This document shows positions 38,959 to 46,823 of a stretch of DNA of 64,000 nucleotides, in pieces. The notes beneath the pieces were generated by a model. It was not told where the DNA came from. It made no database searches and saw nothing but the letters and a program-made list of their open reading frames with translations. How positions within the stretch are numbered: position 1 is the stretch's first letter; each line of letters begins with the position of its first letter. The stretch spans positions 16,168 through 80,167 of the forward strand of contig JBJDXJ010000046.1 of the NCBI GenBank assembly GCA_051866635.1. Reading direction: 5' to 3'. A program made the position numbers and the translations under genes. This DNA comes from Clostridia bacterium (GTDB lineage: Bacteria > Bacillota > Clostridia > UMGS1883).

Positions 38959-40404
38959 TTATTCAACTCTGCCGTAGCCATAATAAGAATAGTTATACTT
39001 CTTACTGTATCCGCCGGGCAGGATTGATGTGTCTGTAACATTGTTGAATACAAAACCGATAAGTTCAGCATTTGACTGGCTCACATCATTTGCAACGGAA
39101 ATGACATCTTCTATATTCGCACTGTTTTGTCTTACAACCAGAATTGCCGCATCCGTATATTCCGTTATAATAACAGCATCTGTAAATAGCTGTGAGGGAG
39201 GTGTATCAACAATAATGTAATCGTAGATTTCCCTTAATGCATCCATAGTCTTTTTAAGACCGGAGGTTGAAAGCACTTCCGAAGAATTGCCCACAGGCTT
39301 ACCGCCGCAGATAAGGTCAACCTTTAAATTAGGTGTCTTTACAATAGCTTGTTCAACGCTTGCCTTTCCTGTAATTACATCCAATACAGAATACTTTACT
39401 TCTTCCTTTACATCAAGAATTTTAGCTACGGCAGGCTTTCTGAGGTCACAGTCAATCATAATAACCTTGTTATTATTCTGTGCCAAGGAAAGTGCAATGT
39501 TTGCCGCAACAGTAGTTTTGCCTTCATTTTCAAGGGCACTTGTTACCAGAATTGTCTTAGCGTTATTTTTCTTCGAATATCTTTCAATCTTTGTTCTCAT
39601 AGACTTATAAGTTTCGCTGAAAACAAAGCCTGTTTTCTTATTTGTAACAAGCATGGGTTCATGAGTATCTTTTCCGCCATTCTTGCCATTTTTACCCTTC
39701 TTGCCTTTGTTTATTTCAACATGGGGAACAGATCCGATATACTTAATATCAATTTTACTTGTAAGTGCGTTAGGTGTCATAACAGGTTCTTTAATAAGCT
39801 GTATTACAACAATAGCCGCCACTGCAAGAAAAGCACCTATTATAATGCCCAAAAGCCCCATCTTAATAAGGTTTCTGTTGGCATCGGGCATAACAGCCTT
39901 TATTGGTGTTTCCAACGCCTCCAGACTGCCTGAACGTACAGTTTCCTTTGCTTTTTCAGGAAGATAAGTGTTAATCGCCTCTGCAATGCGGTAAGTCACA
40001 TCAGCATCAGGTGTTCGTACCGTTATCCTCATAATGTTGGAGTTTTCCACCAAACTTGAAGAAATATAACTGTTAATATCCTCTTCGTAACCTGTTTCAG
40101 CCTTTATCCTCTGCACAAAGTCACGGCTCTTTATTAAATAAGAGTATGTATTTGCCAGGTATTCGGCTACAATGAATTCATTTTGTGTAAGACTGCCGTC
40201 TGTATTAGTTTTTGAATTAATTACATAACTTATTGTGGAGGTATAACTCGGCACATAAGTAACCGCCGCAAAAATAATGCCAAGCAAAGCACATATAAGT
40301 GCACATGCTGCAACACTTTTCCATTTTTCAAGAACACACTTTATAAGTATAGTTATTTCAATACGGCTTTCATTTTCTTCATTCATGGCTTTTTCGTAAG
40401 TCAC
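38959..40404 (-). CDS. Fused polysaccharide co-polymerase / bacterial tyrosine (BY) kinase (Wzz domain plus CpsD-like P-loop ATPase)
   Basis: The Wzz-like N-terminal half is flanked by two TM helices. The C-terminal half carries Walker A ENEGKTTVAANIALSLA and a tyrosine-cluster tail, YSKKYNYSYYGYGRVE. The start is set at the GTG at 40404, which follows the SD GGGAGGAG and sits downstream of a promoter lying inside the tool's longer ORF. An ATG at 40386 is the alternative. Confidence 0.75.
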   Translation of the reverse strand: MTYEKAMNEENESRIEITILIKCVLEKWKSVAACALICALLGIIFAAVTYVPSYTSTISYVINSKTNTDGSLTQNEFIVAEYLANTYSYLIKSRDFVQRIKAETGYEEDINSYISSSLVENSNIMRITVRTPDADVTYRIAEAINTYLPEKAKETVRSGSLEALETPIKAVMPDANRNLIKMGLLGIIIGAFLAVAAIVVIQLIKEPVMTPNALTSKIDIKYIGSVPHVEINKGKKGKNGKNGGKDTHEPMLVTNKKTGFVFSETYKSMRTKIERYSKKNNAKTILVTSALENEGKTTVAANIALSLAQNNNKVIMIDCDLRKPAVAKILDVKEEVKYSVLDVITGKASVEQAIVKTPNLKVDLICGGKPVGNSSEVLSTSGLKKTMDALREIYDYIIVDTPPSQLFTDAVIITEYTDAAILVVRQNSANIEDVISVANDVSQSNAELIGFVFNNVTDTSILPGGYSKKYNYSYYGYGRVE

Positions 40405-40447
40405 TTTATCTCCTCCCGTTACTACATATCTATTGTATCTTATTCTA

Positions 40448-40476
40448 AGTATATCTTTTTTTTCTTCCAAAGTCAA
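40448..40476 (-). promoter_or_regulatory. Candidate promoter of the BY-kinase gene
   Basis: On the minus strand: TTGACT, then a 17-nt spacer, then TATACT. Confidence 0.45.
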
Positions 40477-40522
40477 GCACAACCGATATTTAGACATATC
40501 TTTTTTATTGCCAACAAAATCT

Positions 40523-40569
40523 ATACAATATATTGTATTTTGTTATTGACATCGCTACAATATTTGTGT
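40523..40569 (+). promoter_or_regulatory. Two NrdR-box-like palindromes upstream of and within the nrdD promoter
   Basis: Box 1, ATACAATATATTGTAT, is a perfect 16-bp palindrome. Box 2, ACAATATTTGTGT, lies 32 bp downstream, between the -35 and -10. Both resemble the NrdR consensus acaCwAtATaTwGtgt. Confidence 0.5.
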
Positions 40570-40574
40570 ATAAT
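40546..40574 (+). promoter_or_regulatory. Consensus sigma-A promoter of nrdD
   Basis: TTGACA, then a 17-nt spacer, then TATAAT. Confidence 0.65.
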
Positions 40575-40605
40575 GATGTTGTCTAAATTATGAACTTTTG
40601 GAGGA

Positions 40606-42738
40606 TTGAAAATGAAAGTTATAAAGAGAGATGGCTCTACTGTGGACTTTGACCGCAGTAAAATAGTTATTGCCATAAAAAAAGCCAACGCCGCTGTTGA
40701 AGAATCCAGTCGCATCGCCGAAGACAAAATAGAAGAAATTGTTTCACACATTGAAAGTATTCACCGCCAGAGGGTTCTGGTTGAAGATATACAAGATATG
40801 GTGGAATCTCATCTTATGGAGGCAGGTAAGTACGATTTGGCAAAAACGTACATTATCTACCGCTATAACCGTGCCTTAGTAAGAAAGGCAAACACAACAG
40901 ACGAATCTATTCTTACATTGATTAAAAACTCAAACAAAGACCTTATGGAGGAAAATTCAAACAAAAATGCAATTATGGCGGCAACTCAGCGTGACCTTAT
41001 TGCAGGTGAAGTGTCAAAGGATTTAACAAAGAGGCTCCTTCTTCCCGATCATATTTCAAAAGCTCACGAGGAAGGTGCAATCCATTTCCATGACGCCGAT
41101 TATTTCCTTCAGCCCATATTCAACTGTTGCCTTATAAACATAGGCGATATGCTTGACAATGGCACCGTTATGAACGGAAAGCTTATTGAAAGCCCCAAGA
41201 GCTTCCAGGTTGCATGTACTATCATGACACAGATTATTGCTTCTGTTGCCTGCGGTCAGTACGGCGGACAGAGCGTTGATGTATCACACTTAGGCAAGTA
41301 CCTTCGTAAGAGTAAGGACAAATTCTCTGCCCAGCTTACAAAGGAGTTTGGCGGTACTCTTTCTCCTGAAATCATTGAAAAGATTGTTGAACAAAGACTT
41401 CGTGATGAACTTAAAAGTGGTGTTCAGACAATTCAGTACCAGATAAATACCCTTATGACTACAAACGGTCAGTCCCCCTTTGTTACTCTTTTCCTTAACC
41501 TTAAGGCAGACGATGAGTACATCGAAGAAAACGCAATGATTATCGAAGAAATTCTCCGTCAGAGATATGAGGGTATAAAGAACGAGTGCGGTGTGTATGT
41601 AACGCCTGCATTTCCCAAGCTTATTTACGTTTTGGACGAATACAACTGCTTAAATGGCGGTAAGTACGACTATATTACACGGCTTGCGGTAAAGTGTTCC
41701 GCAAAGCGTCTTTACCCCGACTATATTTCCGCAAAGAAGATGCGTGAAAACTATGAAAACAATGTATTCTCCCCTATGGGATGCCGTAGTTTCCTTTCTC
41801 CCTGGAAGGACGAGGACGGAAATTATAAATTTGAAGGCAGATTTAACCAGGGCGTTGTTTCACTTAACCTTCCTCAGATTGGTATTCTTGCCAAAGGAGA
41901 CGAGGACAAATTCTGGGAAATCTTAAACGACAGGTTAAAGCTTTGCTTTGAAGCACTTATGTGCCGCCATCAGGCATTGGAAGGCACAATTTCCGATACA
42001 AGTCCCGTTCACTGGCAGTACGGTGCAATTGCAAGGCTTGAAAAGGGAGAAACCATTGACAAATACCTTCATGACGGTTATTCAACCATTTCTTTAGGCT
42101 ATATCGGTCTTTATGAAGTTACAAAGCTTATGAAGGGTACAAGCCATACGGAGGGTGAAGGCAAGGAATTTGCCTTAAACCTTATGAAACGTCTCCGTGC
42201 ACAGTGTGAGGAATGGAAAAAGGAAACAGGTATCGGTTTCGGTCTGTACGGAACACCTGCCGAAAGTCTTTGCTATCGTTTCGCACGCATTGATAAGGAA
42301 CGCTTCGGTACAATCAAAGATGTTACCGATAAGGGTTATTACACAAATTCCTACCATGTTGATGTCCGTGAAAATATTGATGCATTTTCCAAGTTTGAAT
42401 TTGAAAGCCAGTTCCAGAAGATTTCTTCCGGTGGTGCTATAAGCTATATTGAAATTCCCAACATGCGTCACAACCTTCCCGCACTGGAGGCACTTGTAAA
42501 GTTTATTTATGAAAACATCCAGTACGCTGAATTTAACACAAAGAGTGACTACTGCCATGTTTGCGGTTATGACGGCGAAATACTTATTAACGATGACCTT
42601 GAGTGGGAATGTCCCGCATGCCACAACAAAGACCAGAAGAAGATGAATGTAACACGCCGCACTTGCGGATATTTGGGTGAAAATTTCTGGAATGTAGGTA
42701 AAACAAAAGAAATTAAGTCCCGTGTTCTTCACTTGTAA
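40606..42738 (+). CDS. nrdD: Anaerobic ribonucleoside-triphosphate reductase (class III RNR)
   Basis: The N-terminal ATP-cone reads KVIKRDGSTVDFDRSKIV. The C-terminal zinc ribbon is CHVCGY...CPACHN. The glycyl-radical motif is RRTCGYLG. Confidence 0.9.
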   Translation: MKMKVIKRDGSTVDFDRSKIVIAIKKANAAVEESSRIAEDKIEEIVSHIESIHRQRVLVEDIQDMVESHLMEAGKYDLAKTYIIYRYNRALVRKANTTDESILTLIKNSNKDLMEENSNKNAIMAATQRDLIAGEVSKDLTKRLLLPDHISKAHEEGAIHFHDADYFLQPIFNCCLINIGDMLDNGTVMNGKLIESPKSFQVACTIMTQIIASVACGQYGGQSVDVSHLGKYLRKSKDKFSAQLTKEFGGTLSPEIIEKIVEQRLRDELKSGVQTIQYQINTLMTTNGQSPFVTLFLNLKADDEYIEENAMIIEEILRQRYEGIKNECGVYVTPAFPKLIYVLDEYNCLNGGKYDYITRLAVKCSAKRLYPDYISAKKMRENYENNVFSPMGCRSFLSPWKDEDGNYKFEGRFNQGVVSLNLPQIGILAKGDEDKFWEILNDRLKLCFEALMCRHQALEGTISDTSPVHWQYGAIARLEKGETIDKYLHDGYSTISLGYIGLYEVTKLMKGTSHTEGEGKEFALNLMKRLRAQCEEWKKETGIGFGLYGTPAESLCYRFARIDKERFGTIKDVTDKGYYTNSYHVDVRENIDAFSKFEFESQFQKISSGGAISYIEIPNMRHNLPALEALVKFIYENIQYAEFNTKSDYCHVCGYDGEILINDDLEWECPACHNKDQKKMNVTRRTCGYLGENFWNVGKTKEIKSRVLHL

Positions 42739-42753
42739 TTTAATAGAGCTTAC

Positions 42754-43024
42754 AGGGCGGATTTTATCCGCCTACAGACTGTCGATAAACTTATTTTTAT
42801 TCAGTCGCAAGGGGTTTGGGGAGTAAGGCTCCCCAAATAAAATAGGAGACGGAAATCGCATTTTCGGCTCCGAAAGTGGTGATTTTAGCATGTCTAGACC
42901 CCTTGCACGAGAAATTGCCACTTTGTTCCTTAAAATTACAGACCTCAAAGTGCTGAAGGACGTAGTCCGCCTTTGAGGTCGCGTGTTGACTCTTTTCGAC
43001 ACGCTAGGGCGGATTTTATCCGCC
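42754..43024 (+). repeat. Structured intergenic element bounded by two copies of a 19-nt hairpin repeat, AGGGCGGATTTTATCCGCC
   Basis: The two copies lie at 42754-42772 and 43006-43024. The interior holds several stable hairpins: GGGGAG-taagg-CTCCCC; GACCTCAAAG-n20-CTTTGAGGTC; GCGTGTTGA-ctctttt-TCGACACGC. A long-range complement links CGCAAGGGGT with ACCCCTTGCACG. The first copy is flanked by TACAG on both sides. Confidence 0.5.
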
Positions 43025-43046
43025 CATGCTTTTAGGAGGGTATGAT

Positions 43047-43631
43047 ATGAATTATGCAACAATAAAGAAACATGACATTGCAAACGGTCTCGGGGTACGT
43101 GTTTCCCTTTTTGTATCAGGCTGTACTCATCACTGCAAAGGTTGTTTTAACCCCGAAACATGGGATTTTAATTATGGAAAGGAATTTACGAAGGCAGTTG
43201 AGGCGGAAATCATTGATTCCTTATCTCACGATTACATTTCCGGGCTTTCACTTTTGGGCGGTGAACCTTTTGAGCCTGACAACCAGGCAGTTCTGGCACC
43301 TTTTCTTACAAAAGTAAAAAAGCTTTTTCCCAATAAGGATATATGGTGCTATTCAGGCTACAACTTTGAAACAGATATGCTCACAGGCAAACTTGGAGAC
43401 AGCTCTGTTACAGATGAAATGCTCAAAAACATTGATATTCTTGTAGACGGTGAATTTGTGGAAGCATTAAAGGATATATCCCTTCGCTTTAAAGGCTCGT
43501 CAAATCAGCGTATTATTGATGTACAGCGTTCATTGGAGGAAGATCATCTCATTCTTTGGGATGGGGAAAGTAATATTGACCGCAAGGATGTATCGGGGGA
43601 AACTGTCCACTGTCCCTCCTGCGGAGAATAA
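43047..43631 (+). CDS. nrdG: Anaerobic ribonucleoside-triphosphate reductase activating protein (radical SAM)
   Basis: The CxxxCxxC motif is CTHHCKGC. The RBS is TAGGAGGG. About 30 residues of C-terminal extension end in HCPSCGE. Confidence 0.85.
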   Translation: MNYATIKKHDIANGLGVRVSLFVSGCTHHCKGCFNPETWDFNYGKEFTKAVEAEIIDSLSHDYISGLSLLGGEPFEPDNQAVLAPFLTKVKKLFPNKDIWCYSGYNFETDMLTGKLGDSSVTDEMLKNIDILVDGEFVEALKDISLRFKGSSNQRIIDVQRSLEEDHLILWDGESNIDRKDVSGETVHCPSCGE

Positions 43632-43644
43632 GAAAGGATTTACC

Positions 43645-44082
43645 ATGACAAACGTGAATATTAAAAAACTTAACCCAAACGCAATAATCCCCACATACGG
43701 AAGTGAATATGCCGCAGGATGTGACCTTTACGCATGTCTTTCAGAGCCTGTTACAATCTTACCTCACGAAACAGTGCTTATAAAAACAGGTATTGCTTTG
43801 GAAGTTCCTGTAGGCTATGCAGGGCTTATTTATGCAAGAAGCGGACTTGCTTCAAAGAGAAATCTTGCACCTGCCAACAAAGTAGGTGTTGTTGATTCTG
43901 ATTACCGTGGCGAAGTTATGGTTGCACTCCATAACCACGGCACAACAGTGCAAACTGTAGAACACGGAGAAAGGATTGCACAGATGGTTATTGCCCCCTT
44001 CCTTACTGCAAACTTTGTGGAAGTTAATGAACTTTCAGATACTGTACGTGGCGAAGGCGGTTTTGGTTCAACTGGCAAATAA
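43645..44082 (+). CDS. dut: dUTP diphosphatase
   Basis: dUTPase motifs are present: AAGCDLYA, ARSGLASK, DSDYRGEV and RGEGGFGSTG. The start at 43645 has RBS GAAAGGA. The tool's 43516 start would overlap nrdG. Confidence 0.85.
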   Translation: MTNVNIKKLNPNAIIPTYGSEYAAGCDLYACLSEPVTILPHETVLIKTGIALEVPVGYAGLIYARSGLASKRNLAPANKVGVVDSDYRGEVMVALHNHGTTVQTVEHGERIAQMVIAPFLTANFVEVNELSDTVRGEGGFGSTGK

Positions 44083-44149
44083 GCTGATTGACAAAAGACG
44101 TATTTCATTATAAAATATAGTCATAAATTACAGAAAGGACTTGTTAAAC

Positions 44150-44788
44150 ATGAAAATTGCACTTATTAACGAAAACAGCCAGGCGGCTAAAAACGCTCTT
44201 ATCGAAGCTACACTTAAGAAGGTTGTTGAACCTCTCGGTCACGAAGTTTTCAACTATGGTATGTACTCCGCTGAAGATACTGCACAGCTTACATATGTTC
44301 AGATTGGTATTCTTGCCGCTATCCTTCTTAACTCCGGTGCGGCTGACCTTGTAATCACAGGTTGCGGTACAGGTGAAGGTGCTATGCTTGCTTGCAACAG
44401 CTTCCCCGGTGTTCTTTGCGGTCATGTTGTTGACCCCACAGATGCTTATCAGTTCACACAGGTTAACAACGGCAACGCTATTGCTCTTCCCTTTGCAAAG
44501 GGTTGGGGCTGGGGTTGCGAATTAAACCTTCAGTATGTATTTGAAAAGCTCTTTGTTGAAGAATGGGGCGGTGGCTATCCTAAGGAAAGAGCAGTTCCCG
44601 AACAGAGAAACAAGAAAATTCTTGACGAAGTTAAGAAGGTTACTCATCAGGATATGTTCTACATTCTTGAAAACATTGACCAGGACCTTTTAAAGGGTGC
44701 AATTGCAGGCGAAAAGTTCCAAGAATTATTCTTCGCTAACTGCAAGTGTGACAAGATGGCAGAAGTTATCAAATCCAAGCTTGCATAA
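44150..44788 (+). CDS. RpiB/LacA/LacB-fold protein (divergent; function unclear)
   Basis: The central segment ADLVITGCGTGEGAMLACNSFPGVLCG resembles the RpiB/LacAB core. The N-terminus, MKIALINENSQ, lacks the usual GCDHAG-type motif. The C-terminus carries an extra extension of about 60 aa. Confidence 0.4.
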   Translation: MKIALINENSQAAKNALIEATLKKVVEPLGHEVFNYGMYSAEDTAQLTYVQIGILAAILLNSGAADLVITGCGTGEGAMLACNSFPGVLCGHVVDPTDAYQFTQVNNGNAIALPFAKGWGWGCELNLQYVFEKLFVEEWGGGYPKERAVPEQRNKKILDEVKKVTHQDMFYILENIDQDLLKGAIAGEKFQELFFANCKCDKMAEVIKSKLA

Positions 44789-44802
44789 ATAAAGCACAAT
44801 AG

Positions 44803-44845
44803 AAAAAACCTTTGCAGATAAAACTGCAAAGGTTTTTCTTTTTAC
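44803..44845. terminator. Bidirectional terminator
   Basis: A6-ACCTTTGCAG-ataaaa-CTGCAAAGGT-T5. Confidence 0.75.
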
Positions 44846-45012
44846 ATTATAGGAAATTTTTGATTTCCCATAATGTAAAAAAATTTTGATTTTATTGCCG
44901 TACGAGAATTTCCTCGCAAAGAGGAAAACGCACATGGCGTAACAAAGTGTTTTCTCCTCTGTTCATTTTAGAGGCAAATATTGCCAAAAGCGAGGAGACA
45001 CTTTGTTCTTTA

Positions 45013-46230
45013 TTATTCCCTTATTTCTCCTGCCCATTTAAAGGCATATTTCGCAATTAACACAGCAATGATTTCATTTATAATAGCCGCCGCAACAATA
45101 GTGCCCGATATAACTGATGCTGAAGAAGGGTCTACTCTGTTCAAGGTTGTTACCGCTATTCCCGTAAAAACAAGGGAAACACCTGAATGAGGCAAAAGTG
45201 TCAAACCAAGGTATTTTGTAACCGTGGGTTCTGCTTTTGTTATTTTTCCGCCCAGATACGCACCGCCTATTTTACCTAAAGCACGGGAAATAATATACGT
45301 TGCCGTAAACACCCCTGCTCCGGCAATAAGTCTGTAGTCCAAGGGCATACCCAGGTTGGCAATGACCACAACTAAAGAAAGGCTAAGCAAAGGGTTGTAC
45401 AAAGACAATATGTTTTCGGTTTTATCTTCCGGCATAAGATTAACCGCAGTTCCACTGTATGCCATACCAATCAGCAAATAATTAAGGGTAAATGAACCGT
45501 AAACTTTTAAATCTATTAAAAGTCCCATAGCTCCCGATAAAATCAAAAAGGAAACAAACACCATAAAGCAGGGAATTTTTTTGTTAATCCTATTAATTAT
45601 AAACGATGCAATTATACCGCTTATAATACCGATTACAAAGGGTATAACTACTATACCTATAACCGAAGCTAACGAGGTATTGGCATTTCCGCCTGTTCCT
45701 TCCACAATAGAAATCACCGTAAAGAACACAATCACACCGATAACATCGTCAATTGCCGCCAAAGGGATAAGAGTGTTTGTTACCGCTCCACGTGTCTTGT
45801 ACTCGTTCACAATGGACAATGCCGGTGCCGGAGCTGTTGCCAGAGCAATGCCGCCAAAAATAAAAGCGAGATACACAGGCAAACCACAAACTGCCAACAC
45901 AACAGAAAATACAAGGCTTACGAATAAGAATGTTCCTATGGACTGAATAAAGGTTATCCCTATAATCTGTTTTCCCGAGGATGCAAGTTTTTTCAGTATT
46001 ATTTCCCTGCCTATCATAACACCTGCAATGGCCTCAAAAAACTTAATTACAATTTTGTACCATACTGCATCAGTAATATCCAAAGTAACGACTTGTGCCA
46101 AATATGGTCCAAATACTATACCTGCAACAAGCCATCCCAATATTGCCGGAAGATGCAGCTTAGCTGAAAGTTTTCCACATATTATTGCCGTACATATAAG
46201 TGCAAAAACTCTCAATATTGAAATAATCAT
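45013..46230 (-). CDS. Cation:proton antiporter (CPA2 family), paralog of the 21034..22326 gene
   Basis: A 405-aa polytopic protein. The segment ATAPAPALSIVNEYKTRGAVTNTLIPLAAIDDVIG parallels ATAPAATLMVVRQYKAKGPLTNLLLPIVALDDAVG in the other copy. Confidence 0.75.
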   Translation of the reverse strand: MIISILRVFALICTAIICGKLSAKLHLPAILGWLVAGIVFGPYLAQVVTLDITDAVWYKIVIKFFEAIAGVMIGREIILKKLASSGKQIIGITFIQSIGTFLFVSLVFSVVLAVCGLPVYLAFIFGGIALATAPAPALSIVNEYKTRGAVTNTLIPLAAIDDVIGVIVFFTVISIVEGTGGNANTSLASVIGIVVIPFVIGIISGIIASFIINRINKKIPCFMVFVSFLILSGAMGLLIDLKVYGSFTLNYLLIGMAYSGTAVNLMPEDKTENILSLYNPLLSLSLVVVIANLGMPLDYRLIAGAGVFTATYIISRALGKIGGAYLGGKITKAEPTVTKYLGLTLLPHSGVSLVFTGIAVTTLNRVDPSSASVISGTIVAAAIINEIIAVLIAKYAFKWAGEIRE

Positions 46231-46258
46231 AATACTTTCACCAGCTTTTTAACTACTT

Positions 46259-46819
46259 TTACTCTGTAACGTCTTCTCCCAACCAGTCGTAGTAGAAGTA
46301 GCCGTTATCATCATTTAATTCGTTAATATATTCATTCCCGCTTTCGCCCTTGAAATAGAACACATCATTTTCAATCTGTTCTACCTCTACAATAGTGTCT
46401 TGAAACAGATTAAGCTGTCTGCCTTCAACCATATCAATCTTATAGGTAATCATGTTTCCGACCTTATTGTCTTCGCTTTGGTAATAAATCCATCTGCCCT
46501 TTGCCCCAATAATTTCACCGTTGCCGAATTTATGAATTTTCTTACCGTCTAAAGTAATCTGCATTGCACCGTCTGTGGTGTTAACATACAAATATTCACC
46601 AAGTGCGAAAAGGTTATAGTTTTTAATGTTGTCAAATTCACAGATAATTTCGTTATCCCGTGTGACATAGTTGTTTTCAATTGTGTATACACTGCCGCCT
46701 TTTGTTACCTGCCATGTACCATTGCCGATAATTTCTTCATTTTCGTCTAAGTTAACACCGCAAGATGCAAATGAAAGGCACAAACACATCATAAGAATTA
46801 CAGATATAAATTTTTTCAC
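46259..46819 (-). CDS. Lipoprotein of unknown function
   Basis: A signal peptide ends in the lipobox LSFASC. The mature part is hydrophilic and rich in Y/N/G. Confidence 0.55.
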   Translation of the reverse strand: MKKFISVILMMCLCLSFASCGVNLDENEEIIGNGTWQVTKGGSVYTIENNYVTRDNEIICEFDNIKNYNLFALGEYLYVNTTDGAMQITLDGKKIHKFGNGEIIGAKGRWIYYQSEDNKVGNMITYKIDMVEGRQLNLFQDTIVEVEQIENDVFYFKGESGNEYINELNDDNGYFYYDWLGEDVTE

Positions 46820-46823
46820 TCTA

